Below are positions 1 to 10,394 of a stretch of DNA of 64,000 bases, piece after piece. The stretch is from an uncultured Clostridia bacterium (GTDB lineage: Bacteria > Bacillota > Clostridia > TANB77 > CAG-508): the NCBI GenBank assembly GCA_947626875.1, contig CANQTV010000002.1:10324-74323 (forward strand), given 5' to 3'. Within the stretch, counting starts at the first letter, position 1. Each line of letters begins with the position of its first letter. The translations under genes and the position numbers were made by a program. Under the pieces are notes generated by a model. It made no database searches. It saw only the letters and a program-made list of their open reading frames with translations, and was not told the DNA's origin.

Positions 1-1
1 A

Positions 2-205
2 TTGCACGGAGATAGTTCAGAAAGAACGAAAATGAAATTTAAGAAATTATGTGATGAAAATAAATTACCATATTGTATTGCAGGCAAAATAGAAGAAATT
101 AGTAAGGCAATAGGAAAAACAAATAAGGCAATAATAGGGATAAAAGAAGAAAATATAGCAAAGCAAATCCAGAAAATCAATCATGGGGGTGAAGAAATTG
201 GGTAA
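2..205 (+). CDS. L7Ae/YlxQ-family RNA-binding protein, 5' end cut by window edge
   Basis: The C-terminal pattern ...[21 protein letters not shown]...[25 protein letters not shown] resembles YlxQ. It lies immediately upstream of infB, as in the Firmicute nusA-ylxR-ylxQ-infB operon. Confidence 0.5.
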   Translation: MHGDSSERTKMKFKKLCDENKLPYCIAGKIEEISKAIGKTNKAIIGIKEENIAKQIQKINHGGEEIG

Positions 206-3002
206 AATAAAAATACATGAAGTTGCAAAAAAACTAGAGTTAACAAGTAAAGAGGTAATTGATATAGCAAAACAATTAAAAATTGAAGTAAAAAGTCATA
301 TGAGTAGTATAACAGAAGAAGAAATGGCAAAAATAGAAAAAAAGGTTAAAAAATCAGCAGTAAAAAAAGAAGAGAAAAAAGAACCAAAGGCACCATTTAT
401 TATTAGGAGAGAAGTAATTATCAATGAAGATAAATCAAAGAAAGAAGAAGTAAAAAAGGAATCAAAAAGAGAAAATGTAGGTTTTGTAGAAAGAAAACAA
501 AATGCAGATTATAATATTGTTTATCGTAATAAACCAAATAAACCAAAAACGGTGAGTGAATTATTTGGTTTGAAAACAACAAATAATAATCAACAAGCAA
601 AAGCAGAACCAGTAAAAACTGAAAAAGCTGAAAAAACTGAAAAGCCAAAAGAACAGTTAAAAGAACAACCAAAAGAATCAAAAACTGTACAAGAGCAAGC
701 AGAAGTGCACAATCATATGCAAACACAGCCAGTACAAACAAAACAACATATGCAAAATTCAAATCAACAAAGTAGAAATAAAGATAATAATTTTCGCCAA
801 TATAATAATAGAAACAATCATGGAGACAATAGATTTAATAACCGTAAAAATGGAACAAATCAAAATCAAAGTTATCAAAACCGCTTTGGAAATCAAAGGC
901 GCCCATTAGATGAAAAAGGAATTGAAAAAAACATAAAAAACATCATGTCTGCAGATATAGGTGAAAAAGAAGTCGTAAGGGAATACAATAAAAATATTGA
1001 TAAGCAAAAAAATAGTAATAAATTTGAAGAAAATAGGGGAAAGAAAACCAGAAATAGAAGAAACGGAAATGAAAATTCTTTTGATGAAGGTAAACTAAAA
1101 AGCCTAAAACAAACAAGTAAATTATCGCATATGTTTGATGATCAAGAAGGTGGAATGTTAGATTATTATGATTTAACAACACAAAGAGGAAGAAAAGGCA
1201 AGAAAAAACCAAGTAAAGGAAATGAAGAAAGGAATAAGCAGAAAATTTTCAAATTAACAGAAATAGAAATACCGGAAAATATTACGGTAAAAGATTTAGC
1301 TGCTGAGATGAAAAAAACCACAGCAGAAGTTATCAAAAAATTACTAGGATATGGCATTATGGCAACAATTAATAATGAAGTTGACTTTGACACAGCTTTC
1401 TTAGTAGCAGGGGAATTTGGTATTACAGCAAAGAAAAAGGAAACAATAACAGAAGAAGATATTTTGTTTGATGATTCTGAAGATAGTCAAGATGAGTTAC
1501 AAGAAAGACCACCAGTTGTTGTAGTAATGGGACATGTAGACCATGGAAAAACATCTTTATTAGATACAATCCGTAAAACAAATGTTATTGAAGGAGAAGC
1601 AGGTGGTATTACACAGGCGATAGGTGCATATATGGTAAATGTAAATGGTAGACAAATTACATTTCTAGATACACCAGGGCATGAAGCATTTACTGCTATG
1701 AGAGCTAGAGGTGCACAAATTACAGATATTGCAATATTAGTAGTTGCTGCAAATGATGGTATCATGCCACAGACTGTAGAAGCAATAAATCATGCAAAAT
1801 CAGCAGGAATACCAATTATTGTTGCTATTAACAAAATTGATTTACCAGATGCTAATATTGACAAAGTAAAACAAGAATTGATGAACTATGAATTAGTACC
1901 AGAAGAATGGGGAGGAGACACTATTTGTGTACCAATTTCTGCAAAGAAAAATGTAAATATAGATCAATTACTAGAAATGGTATTATTACAAGCAGATGTA
2001 TTAGAATTAAAAGCAAATCCTCATAAACAAGCAAAAGGTGTTGTAATTGAAGCAAGACTTGACAAATCAAAAGGTGCTATTGCAACAATGTTAGTACAAA
2101 GAGGAAAACTAGATGTAGGTGATACAATAGTAGTAGGTTCTTCAATTGGAAGAATCAGAGTCATGACAAATGAAAAAGGCAAAAAAGTAAAATCAGCTAC
2201 ACCATCTACACCAGTAGAAATTATGGGATTAACAGATGTACCAGAAGCGGGAGACACATTCTATGAGGTTAAAGATGAAAAAACAGCAAAACATTTAATA
2301 GAAAGAAGAAAACGTCAAGCAAGAGAAAAAGCTATCAATCAAGTAACAAAAGTAACATTAGATAATTTATTTACTCAAATGGAAGAAGGAAAATTAAAAG
2401 TATTAAACTTAATTGTCAAAGCAGATGTACAAGGTTCTGTTGAAGCAGTAAAACAATCTATGGAAAAACTAGCTAATGATGAAGTTAGAGTAAAAGTAAT
2501 TCACCATGCAACAGGAGCAGTAAATCAATCAGATGTTACATTAGCAAAAGTGTCAAATGCTATAATTATTGCTTTTAATGTAAGACCAGATGCAGTGGCA
2601 AAAGAAATGGCAGAAAAAGATGAAGTAGAAATTAAACAATATTCTGTTATTTATCAAGCTATTGAAGATGTTGAATTAGCAATGAAGGGAATGTTAGATC
2701 CTAAATTTGAAGAAAAAGTCATAGGAAATGTAGAAGTAAGACAAACATTTAAGATTTCAAATGTTGGAACTATTGCAGGAAGTTATGTATTAAGCGGAAA
2801 GGTAGAAAGAAATGCAGGAGTTAGAGTAATTCGTGATAATGTAGTAATTCATGAAGGTAAACTTGCAACATTGAAGAGATTTAAAGATGATGTAAAAGAA
2901 GTTACAAAAGGATTTGAATGTGGTATTCAAATCGAAAACTATGATGATATCAAAGAAGGAGATAATATCGAAGTATATGTCATGGAGGAAATCAAGAGAT
3001 AG
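183..3002 (+). CDS. infB: translation initiation factor IF-2
   Basis: 939 aa with G-domain motifs [20 protein letters not shown] and NKID, and a conserved C-terminal domain. The N-terminal region is a K/E/N/Q-rich low-complexity linker. The start is uncertain: ATG 183, or TTG 198 behind a GGGGGTGA SD. Confidence 0.95.
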   Translation: MGVKKLGKIKIHEVAKKLELTSKEVIDIAKQLKIEVKSHMSSITEEEMAKIEKKVKKSAVKKEEKKEPKAPFIIRREVIINEDKSKKEEVKKESKRENVGFVERKQNADYNIVYRNKPNKPKTVSELFGLKTTNNNQQAKAEPVKTEKAEKTEKPKEQLKEQPKESKTVQEQAEVHNHMQTQPVQTKQHMQNSNQQSRNKDNNFRQYNNRNNHGDNRFNNRKNGTNQNQSYQNRFGNQRRPLDEKGIEKNIKNIMSADIGEKEVVREYNKNIDKQKNSNKFEENRGKKTRNRRNGNENSFDEGKLKSLKQTSKLSHMFDDQEGGMLDYYDLTTQRGRKGKKKPSKGNEERNKQKIFKLTEIEIPENITVKDLAAEMKKTTAEVIKKLLGYGIMATINNEVDFDTAFLVAGEFGITAKKKETITEEDILFDDSEDSQDELQERPPVVVVMGHVDHGKTSLLDTIRKTNVIEGEAGGITQAIGAYMVNVNGRQITFLDTPGHEAFTAMRARGAQITDIAILVVAANDGIMPQTVEAINHAKSAGIPIIVAINKIDLPDANIDKVKQELMNYELVPEEWGGDTICVPISAKKNVNIDQLLEMVLLQADVLELKANPHKQAKGVVIEARLDKSKGAIATMLVQRGKLDVGDTIVVGSSIGRIRVMTNEKGKKVKSATPSTPVEIMGLTDVPEAGDTFYEVKDEKTAKHLIERRKRQAREKAINQVTKVTLDNLFTQMEEGKLKVLNLIVKADVQGSVEAVKQSMEKLANDEVRVKVIHHATGAVNQSDVTLAKVSNAIIIAFNVRPDAVAKEMAEKDEVEIKQYSVIYQAIEDVELAMKGMLDPKFEEKVIGNVEVRQTFKISNVGTIAGSYVLSGKVERNAGVRVIRDNVVIHEGKLATLKRFKDDVKEVTKGFECGIQIENYDDIKEGDNIEVYVMEEIKR

Positions 3003-3115
3003 GGAAAAGGGGACGTCCTTTTTTTCCCTATCAAAATATTCCCTATTTGTGATTTTGTGATATAGAATAAAGAGGGAAAAACGGAATAGGGAAAAAAAGG
3101 ACGTCCCCTTTTCCC
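3002..3115. repeat. family-1 palindromic intergenic element, complete copy
   Basis: The left arm GGGAAAAGGGGACGTCCTTTTTTTCCC (3002-3028) and its exact reverse complement (3089-3115) flank the inner inverted module TATCAAAATATTCCCTATTT / ...GGAATA. The first G is the last base of the infB TAG. Confidence 0.9.
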
Positions 3116-3133
3116 TTAGGAAAGGAGCAAACT

Positions 3134-3493
3134 ATGCCAACAAGCAACAATCGATTAAATCGAATTGATGAAGAATACAAAAAAGAATTAAGCTATATTA
3201 TTGATAGAGAATTGAAAGATCCTAATATAACAGGATTGATTAGTGTTACAAAAGTAAAGGTAACAAATGACTTAAAATATGCAAAAATATCTGTTAGTAT
3301 TTTAAATGCAAAAGACACTAAGGCAACACTAGCAGGTCTAAAAAAATCATCAGGCTTTATTAGAACAGAATTAGCAAAAAGAATAAATTTGCGAAATACG
3401 CCAGAATTGATATTTGAATTAGATGATTCAATGGAATATGGAGCAAAAATTGATTCTATTTTGAAAGAAATCATGCCAAAAAAAGAAGAATAA
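3134..3493 (+). CDS. rbfA: ribosome-binding factor A
   Basis: 119 aa. It has the typical RbfA N-terminus (R..RI.EE.KKELS.II..ELKDP), follows infB, and has an AAAGGAG SD. Confidence 0.9.
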   Translation: MPTSNNRLNRIDEEYKKELSYIIDRELKDPNITGLISVTKVKVTNDLKYAKISVSILNAKDTKATLAGLKKSSGFIRTELAKRINLRNTPELIFELDDSMEYGAKIDSILKEIMPKKEE

Positions 3494-3503
3494 GGAGGAG
3501 CAA

Positions 3504-4454
3504 ATGACATTAGATACAATAGTAGAAGAAATACAGAAAGCAAATTCTATTGTCTTGTTAGCACACGAATCACCAGATGGAGATGCTATAGGAAGTGTGC
3601 TAGCAATGGGAATAGCACTAGAAAATATGGGTAAAAAACCTGATAGAATAATAAAAGAATATCCAAGAAGATTTGCATTTTTGCCAGGTGCAGATAAAGT
3701 AAAAGAAGCTAGTGATATAGAAAAATATGATTTGGCAATAGCATTAGATTGTTCAGATTTGAGAAGATTAGATGGAAAAGAATATTTTGAAAATGCTAGA
3801 AAGACAATTGTAATAGACCATCATAGTACAAATACTATGTATGGAGATATTAACTTTGTAAATCCAGTAGCACCAGCATGTTGTGAGATTTTAATAGGAA
3901 TATTTACATATTTTGAATTAGAAATTAATCATGATTTGGGAACATGCATTTTAACAGGAATCATCACAGACACAGGAGGATTCAAATACCAAGGTGTAAC
4001 ACCGGAAACATTTGAGTTTACTGCGGAGTTATTAAGAAAAGGTATAAATGTTTCAGAAATATATGAAAAAGTATTAGAAACTAGAACAAAATCTAATTTT
4101 GAATTAATGAAAAGAATTTTAAATAGGATGGAAGTTTTAGAAGATGGAAAAGTGACTTTTACATATATGACAAATCAGGATGTGAAAGAAGTTAATGCAG
4201 AACCAGGAGATCATGAAGGATTAGTAGAAATAGGTAGAGGTATAGAAGGCGTAGAAGTTTCAATTTTTATTAGACAAGATGAAGATGAATCAAAATACAA
4301 AATATCAATGCGTTCAAATAATAATGTAAATGTTTCTAAAATCTGTTATTTATTTGGTGGTGGAGGACATCCAAGAGCAGCAGGATGTTTGATACAAGGA
4401 ACATTAGAACAAGTAAAGGATAAAATACTAAGTGAAGTAAAAAAGGCGTTATAG
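3504..4454 (+). CDS. nrnA: DHH/DHHA1 phosphoesterase (NrnA-like oligoribonuclease/pAp phosphatase)
   Basis: Motifs HESPDGDAIGS, DCSD, VIDHHSTN and GGGGHPRAAG. Confidence 0.75.
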   Translation: MTLDTIVEEIQKANSIVLLAHESPDGDAIGSVLAMGIALENMGKKPDRIIKEYPRRFAFLPGADKVKEASDIEKYDLAIALDCSDLRRLDGKEYFENARKTIVIDHHSTNTMYGDINFVNPVAPACCEILIGIFTYFELEINHDLGTCILTGIITDTGGFKYQGVTPETFEFTAELLRKGINVSEIYEKVLETRTKSNFELMKRILNRMEVLEDGKVTFTYMTNQDVKEVNAEPGDHEGLVEIGRGIEGVEVSIFIRQDEDESKYKISMRSNNNVNVSKICYLFGGGGHPRAAGCLIQGTLEQVKDKILSEVKKAL

Positions 4455-4467
4455 TTACTAGAAAGGG

Positions 4468-5355
4468 ATGAAAGTAAAAATAAAAAAAGTTGAAGATGGA
4501 ATTATAAATGTTTTTAAACCCAAAGAATATACTTCACATGATGTTGTAGCGATTATAAAAAAAATAACAGGAAAAAAGGTGGGACATACAGGAACGTTAG
4601 ATCCATTAGCACAGGGAGTTTTACCAATTTTAATAGGAAAAGGAACACAATGTGCAAAATATTTAAATAATCATGATAAAATTTATGAAGTAGAATTAAT
4701 ATTGGGTAAAAAAACAACAACATTGGATGAAGAAGGCGAAATAATAGAACAAAGGGAAGTGCCTGAAGAATTATTTCAAACGGAAAAAGTTGAAGAAACT
4801 TTGCAAAGATTTGTTGGAAAAATCAAGCAAAGACCACCAATATATTCTGCAATAAAAGTAAATGGTAGAAAATTATATGAATATGCCAGAAAAGGGCAAG
4901 AAGTAGAAATACCAATAAGAGAGATTACAATTTACAATATAGATCTAAAAAATGTAGATAAAGAAACACAGACAATAAGATTTGAAGTATCTTGTAGTAA
5001 AGGAACATATATAAGAACTCTGTGTGAAGATATTGCAAAAGAATTAGGAACTATAGGTTATATGAAAAATCTAATTAGGATACAAGTAGGTGACTTTAAT
5101 ATAAAAGATTCTATTTCAATAGAAAAATTAAAAGAAAATGAAGATGAAATTACAGGAAAAATAAAAACAATTGAAGAAATATTTAAAGATAAACCTACAA
5201 TTATTTTAGAAGAAAAAAAATTACGACACTTTTTGAATGGTGTTAAGATAACAAATAAAAATCCAGATGGGATTTATCGAGTGTATCAAAATAGCAGATT
5301 TATTGGTATAGGAATTATAAAAGAAAATTTATTAAAACGAGATATAATTTTATAA
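4468..5355 (+). CDS. truB: tRNA pseudouridine(55) synthase
   Basis: Catalytic motif GHTGTLDPLAQGVLPILIG, plus IQRPPIYSAIKVNGRKLYEYAR. It follows rbfA and nrnA. Confidence 0.9.
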   Translation: MKVKIKKVEDGIINVFKPKEYTSHDVVAIIKKITGKKVGHTGTLDPLAQGVLPILIGKGTQCAKYLNNHDKIYEVELILGKKTTTLDEEGEIIEQREVPEELFQTEKVEETLQRFVGKIKQRPPIYSAIKVNGRKLYEYARKGQEVEIPIREITIYNIDLKNVDKETQTIRFEVSCSKGTYIRTLCEDIAKELGTIGYMKNLIRIQVGDFNIKDSISIEKLKENEDEITGKIKTIEEIFKDKPTIILEEKKLRHFLNGVKITNKNPDGIYRVYQNSRFIGIGIIKENLLKRDIIL

Positions 5356-5390
5356 AACACTTCATATATTGAAATATGTGAGGTGTTTTT

Positions 5391-6257
5391 ATGTATTATA
5401 TCTATGAAAATGACAAGCCTAAATTTTTAGAACAAAAATTTAATATTATAAAAATAAAAGGAAACAAAATCATATTGCCAAATGGAGACAAAACAGATAA
5501 ACAATTAGAAAAATTAGCACAAAAAACAATAAAAATTATGCAAAATGTAAATAATAAAAAAATTGTGTTAAGCAAAGAATTACAGAAAAAGGAAAAATAT
5601 ATTAATATATTGCAATCATATCCATTAGAAATAATTGATGGAAAATGGTTATATTTTATGTTATTACCAGAAATATTAGAGTATATTTTACAAGGACAAA
5701 ATATGAAAAAGGAAGAGACAATAATACATATATTAGTGAATGATATAAATGAAAATATGATTCAATTATTAAATCTTTTAACAAAAACATATAAATCAAT
5801 ATGTGTAGTTACAAAGCATGTGCAAAAATTACAAAAAATAGAGCAACAAATTTTAGATGAGACAGGAACTGTAATTACAGTGATGAATAATAAAAAGAAA
5901 AGTTTATCAAAAGCCAAAATAATTGTGAATATAGATTTTCCAGAAGAATTTGTGAACCAATATATAATCTATGAAAATGCAGTAATATTAGATATACAAG
6001 GAAATACTAAGATTAGAAAAAAGAGATATAATGGTATAATTTTGCAAAATTATGAAATCAATATAAAACGAAAGGAAGAATATGAAATTGAAGAAGAACT
6101 TTTTTATGTAAGAGATTTGTATGAGGCAGAATTTTACAAAAAACAACCATATCAATTTGTGAGAGAAAAAATAAAAAAAGATGGAATAAAAATTGCATCA
6201 GTGTATGGAAAGAATGGAAACTTTGAAAGAGTGAACCACAATGAAAAAATTTCTTAA
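5391..6257 (+). CDS. hypothetical protein (no recognisable motif)
   Basis: 288-aa ORF with coding-like composition that fills the gap between truB and the PBP gene. I recognise no TM segment or catalytic motif. Confidence 0.5.
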   Translation: MYYIYENDKPKFLEQKFNIIKIKGNKIILPNGDKTDKQLEKLAQKTIKIMQNVNNKKIVLSKELQKKEKYINILQSYPLEIIDGKWLYFMLLPEILEYILQGQNMKKEETIIHILVNDINENMIQLLNLLTKTYKSICVVTKHVQKLQKIEQQILDETGTVITVMNNKKKSLSKAKIIVNIDFPEEFVNQYIIYENAVILDIQGNTKIRKKRYNGIILQNYEINIKRKEEYEIEEELFYVRDLYEAEFYKKQPYQFVREKIKKDGIKIASVYGKNGNFERVNHNEKIS

Positions 6258-6335
6258 AATTTATAGAAAACCTTTATTTTTTCAAACAAATGTAATATAA
6301 TAATGATGTCTAATTTGGGACAGGAGGTATTTATT

Positions 6336-8924
6336 ATGCCAAGTAATAATAAAAATAGAAAAAGAACTACTAGCAATATGAATAAAAATATGCCTGTAGT
6401 AAAAAAAGCATCAAATAAAAAAAATAAAAAGACAAAAGGCAAAAATAAATTTTCTGCTAGGCATCCAAAATTAATGACAGCAATAAAAATTATTATTATT
6501 ATATTCTTGTTATTATGTGTTATTGGAGCAGGAATTGTTGCTGCTATGTTCTTTGGATTATTTGGGGATGATTTTGAAATTACAAAAGATGAACTAGTGA
6601 TAGGAACATCTAATTCTATTGTGCTTGATGCAAATGGAAGTGAAATTGCAAACTTAAGTAAAGATCAGAGGAGAAAAATTATTACATTAGATGAAATGTC
6701 AGAATATTTACCAAAAGCATATGTTGCAATAGAGGATAAAAGATTTTATGATCATGATGGTGTAGATTGGAGAAGAACAGGTGGAGCAATTATGAACACC
6801 ATATTTAAAGGTAGCTCATCATATGGTGGAAGTACAATTACACAGCAATTAGTAAAAAATATTACTGAAGATGATGATGCATCAGGACTTGCAGGTATAT
6901 CAAGAAAAGTAAGAGAATGGGCAAAAGCATATCAAGTAGAAAGAATGATATCAAAGCAACAAATCTTAGAATTATATTTAAATATTTTATTTGTTGGTGG
7001 AAATGAAATACATGGAGTAGAATTAGGTTCAAAGTATTATTTCAATAAAAGTGCAAAAGATTTAGACTTAGCAGAATGTGCATTTTTAGCAGGAATAAAT
7101 AGTTCACCAAATAGTTATAATCCATTTAATACAAATCAAACAGAAGAGGAACAGGCAAAAGTAAAGGAAAAAATAAAAAGCAAAACATTAACAGTATTAA
7201 ATGAAATGAAAGATCAAGGTTATATTGAAAATGAAGAAGATTATAATGCAGCAGTTGCAAAGACAGAAGCGGGAATTACTTTTACAAAAGGTGAGGTAGA
7301 AGTTGCATCAACATATTCATATCACACAGATGCAGCTATAAAACAAATTGTAAATCAAGTAATGGAAGAAAAAAATGTTACAAGAGAATTTGCAGAGAGA
7401 TATGTATATAGTAGTGGATTAACAATTTACACAACACAAAATACAGAAATACAAAAACGTGTAGAAGATGAATTTATGAAGCCTGCATATCAATTAAAAG
7501 GAAAAGAAAAGAAAGCAGATGGAACATTAAAAAATGATCATGCACAAGCAGGAATGGCAATAATAGATTATAAAACAGGTCAAGTTGTTGCAGTCGGAGG
7601 AAATTTAGGAACTAGAGGGGCATCAGGTTGGAACAGAGCAACTCAAATGGTAAGGCAAACAGGTTCATCAATAAAACCAATTGCAGATGTTGCACCAGCT
7701 TTACAGGAAAAAGTAATTACAGCATCAACAGTATATAATGATGTGAAAACAGATTTTAATGGATATTCTCCAAAAGATGATGGTAATAGAGAAAGAGGAG
7801 CAATTAATATTAGACAATTTATTGCAACATCACAAAATATTCCCGCAGTAAAAATTATGAGAGAATTAACACCTGCAAAATCAATTGAATACATGAAAAA
7901 AATGGGAATAACAACATTAGATGAGCAAAACGATTTACAATTACCATTAGCAATAGGTGGATTAACTAGTGGAATAAGTCCACTAGAAATGGCAGGAGCA
8001 TATGGAACAATAGCAAATGATGGAGTATATAATACACCAACATTCTATACAAAAGTAACAGATCCAAATGGAAATGTTGTATTAACACCAAAACAAGAAC
8101 AAACAAGAGCAATATCAGAACAAGTTGCATATATTACTAGATCAATAACAGAAGAACCAGTAAAATCAGGAGGAACAGCAACATATTGTGCAATTCCAGG
8201 TATGGAAACATGTGCTAAAACAGGTACAACAGATGGATCAAAAGATAGATGGTTATGTGGAATGACGCCATATTATTCAGCAGCAGTATGGTTTGGATAT
8301 GATGATCCAGAAGAAATAGTTTATAATAGTACAAATCCAGCAGGTCAAATTTGGTCAAATGTTATGAAAGATATTCACAGAGGTTTGGAAAATGCTAATT
8401 TTAGTACACCATCAGGAATTGTAAATGAAACAGTTTGTAGAAAAACAGGAGGATTAGCAACATCAAGTTGTGGAGATACTTATTCAGAAATGTTTACACA
8501 AGATAATATACCAGAAAAATGCGAAGGACATGGAATACAAAAAATATGTACAGAATCAAATAAAATAGCTACAGAATATTGTCCACAAACTAGAAGCAAT
8601 AGTTATGGAGGAGCACTTCCAAAAGAAAGATTAAATTTGTGGAAACCAAGTTCAGGAAATGCCGGCGGAATGATAACAGGAACTTGTACAATTCATACAC
8701 AGCCAACACAAACAAATACTATTGATGCTAATACGAATACTACAAATACAACAAATACAGCAACTACCACAAATACATCTGGTGCGGCGAATACAACAAA
8801 ACCAACTACTAATACAGCACCTGCAACAAATACGAATCCAAAACCAGGTACGACAAATACAGCAACTCCAGCAACAAATACATCAACAACAAACACAGCA
8901 GGAACAGCACAAAATCAAACATAA
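6336..8924 (+). CDS. class A penicillin-binding protein (transglycosylase/transpeptidase, PBP1A type)
   Basis: It has an N-terminal TM anchor. GT51 motifs are EDKRFYDHDGVD, GGSTITQQLVKN and RKVREW. Transpeptidase motifs are SSIKP (SxxK) and KTGTT. The C-terminus has a Cys-rich module and a T/N-rich tail. The start is taken at ATG 6336 behind a GGAGG SD, although the ORF is open from 6303. Confidence 0.9.
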   Translation: MPSNNKNRKRTTSNMNKNMPVVKKASNKKNKKTKGKNKFSARHPKLMTAIKIIIIIFLLLCVIGAGIVAAMFFGLFGDDFEITKDELVIGTSNSIVLDANGSEIANLSKDQRRKIITLDEMSEYLPKAYVAIEDKRFYDHDGVDWRRTGGAIMNTIFKGSSSYGGSTITQQLVKNITEDDDASGLAGISRKVREWAKAYQVERMISKQQILELYLNILFVGGNEIHGVELGSKYYFNKSAKDLDLAECAFLAGINSSPNSYNPFNTNQTEEEQAKVKEKIKSKTLTVLNEMKDQGYIENEEDYNAAVAKTEAGITFTKGEVEVASTYSYHTDAAIKQIVNQVMEEKNVTREFAERYVYSSGLTIYTTQNTEIQKRVEDEFMKPAYQLKGKEKKADGTLKNDHAQAGMAIIDYKTGQVVAVGGNLGTRGASGWNRATQMVRQTGSSIKPIADVAPALQEKVITASTVYNDVKTDFNGYSPKDDGNRERGAINIRQFIATSQNIPAVKIMRELTPAKSIEYMKKMGITTLDEQNDLQLPLAIGGLTSGISPLEMAGAYGTIANDGVYNTPTFYTKVTDPNGNVVLTPKQEQTRAISEQVAYITRSITEEPVKSGGTATYCAIPGMETCAKTGTTDGSKDRWLCGMTPYYSAAVWFGYDDPEEIVYNSTNPAGQIWSNVMKDIHRGLENANFSTPSGIVNETVCRKTGGLATSSCGDTYSEMFTQDNIPEKCEGHGIQKICTESNKIATEYCPQTRSNSYGGALPKERLNLWKPSSGNAGGMITGTCTIHTQPTQTNTIDANTNTTNTTNTATTTNTSGAANTTKPTTNTAPATNTNPKPGTTNTATPATNTSTTNTAGTAQNQT

Positions 8925-8933
8925 GACTATATA

Positions 8934-8965
8934 AAATTAGCGGGTTAGACTCAATCCGCTAATTT
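8934..8965 (+). terminator. intrinsic terminator after the PBP gene
   Basis: AAATTAGCGG-loop-CCGCTAATTT hairpin followed by T-rich sequence. Confidence 0.65.
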
Positions 8966-8990
8966 ATACTATAAGAAATAGGAGGATTAC

Positions 8991-10394
8991 ATGGAAATTT
9001 ATTTATATAATACATTGACAAAAGAAAAAGAAATTTTCAAACCAATTAATCCAGATGAAATAAAAATTTATTCTTGTGGACCGACAGTATATAAAGATGC
9101 AACAATAGGAAATTTGAGAACAAATGTATTTCAAGATGTATTAAGAAGAGTTTTTCAATATAATGAATATAAAATAAAGCATGTAATGAATATAACAGAT
9201 GTAGGTCATTTAGTTTCAGATGGTGATGAAGGGGAAGACAAAATGATAAAATCTGCAAGAGAACAACATAAAACACCATTAGAAATTGCAGAATATTATA
9301 CAAAACTATTTTTTAAAGATTTAGAAGATTTGAATATTCAAACACCTGAAATTATATGTAAAGCAACAGAGCATATTTCAGAAATGCTTGAGTATGTAGA
9401 AGAATTGCTTAAAAATGGATATGCTTATGAAACTTCAACAGCAATATATTTTGATATTTCTAAATTAGACAAATATCCAATATTATCAAACCATGATTTA
9501 GAAGAACAAAAAGCAGGGGCTAGAGTGCAAGTTGATGAAGAAAAGAAAAATCCATATGATTTTGCATTATGGATAAAAGCACCAGAAAATCATTTGATGA
9601 AGTGGGATAGTCCATGGGGACCAAGTTATCCAGGTTGGCATATTGAATGTTCAGCAATGGGTCAGAAATATTTAGGAGAACAATTTGACATACATACAGG
9701 AGGAATTGATTTAATCCCAACACATCATGAAAATGAAATTGCACAAAGTAAAGGTAAATGTGGAAAAATTCCAGCTAATTACTGGTTACATGGAGAATAT
9801 TTATTAATCAATGGTGGAAAAATGTCAAAAAGTCTAAATAATGTATATTTATTGAAAGACATTGAAGAAAAAGGATATGATCCATTGGTATATAAGTTGT
9901 TTTGTTATTCTTGCCATTACCGTAACAAATTAAACTTTACATGGGAAGGAATAGAAGCAACTGCAAAATCATTAGAAAGATTGCGTAATAGTTATCAGAT
10001 GCATTTAAATGGAACAGATGAGTTAGAAGAAAGTGAAAAACAGCAATTAATAGAAATTAAAAGTAATTTTCATAAAGCAATTAATGATGATATGAATATG
10101 CCATTAGCATTAAGTTATGTATGGGAAGTTGCAAAGTTTGATAAAAAATCAAAGGAAATAGCTAAATTATTAGCAAAATTTGATACAGTTTTGGGAATAA
10201 AAATTGATAAAGAAAAACAAGAAATTTCACAAGAAATTCCAAAGGAAGTATTAGAAATAGTAAAAGAAAGAGAACAAGCAAGGGCACAAAAAGATTGGGA
10301 AAAATCAGATAAGCTAAGAGATAAAATTAAAGAAATGGGATATGAAGTGAAAGATACAAAGGAGGGCTCTCAAATCTTAAAAATATTGAGTTGA
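8991..10394 (+). CDS. cysS: cysteine--tRNA ligase
   Basis: Motifs YSCGPTVY, GWHIECS and KMSKS (GGKMSKSLNN). 467 aa. Confidence 0.93.
   Translation: MEIYLYNTLTKEKEIFKPINPDEIKIYSCGPTVYKDATIGNLRTNVFQDVLRRVFQYNEYKIKHVMNITDVGHLVSDGDEGEDKMIKSAREQHKTPLEIAEYYTKLFFKDLEDLNIQTPEIICKATEHISEMLEYVEELLKNGYAYETSTAIYFDISKLDKYPILSNHDLEEQKAGARVQVDEEKKNPYDFALWIKAPENHLMKWDSPWGPSYPGWHIECSAMGQKYLGEQFDIHTGGIDLIPTHHENEIAQSKGKCGKIPANYWLHGEYLLINGGKMSKSLNNVYLLKDIEEKGYDPLVYKLFCYSCHYRNKLNFTWEGIEATAKSLERLRNSYQMHLNGTDELEESEKQQLIEIKSNFHKAINDDMNMPLALSYVWEVAKFDKKSKEIAKLLAKFDTVLGIKIDKEKQEISQEIPKEVLEIVKEREQARAQKDWEKSDKLRDKIKEMGYEVKDTKEGSQILKILS

Noticed and set aside
421-762. The many 60-170-aa ORFs in the track that lie antisense to or out of frame with the large genes, for example 421-762 (-), 1487-1765 (-), 18435-18860 (-), 30649-31038 (-), 34603-34953 (-), 37401-37784 (-), 39980-40489 (-), 25973-26230 (+).
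   Set aside because: They lie entirely within well-supported genes and have Leu/Phe/Ile/Ser-rich compositions typical of antisense reading of AT-rich coding DNA. They have no SD sequences and no recognisable motifs.
8925-8990. T-box leaders or other riboswitches upstream of the aminoacyl-tRNA synthetase genes cysS, argS and trpS, and upstream of fhs and galE.
   Set aside because: The upstream intergenic spaces are only 16-66 nt (for cysS it is filled by a terminator plus SD; for argS and trpS there is just an SD), or they are occupied by repeat elements. There is no room for a 200-nt T-box and no specifier or T-box motif is seen.
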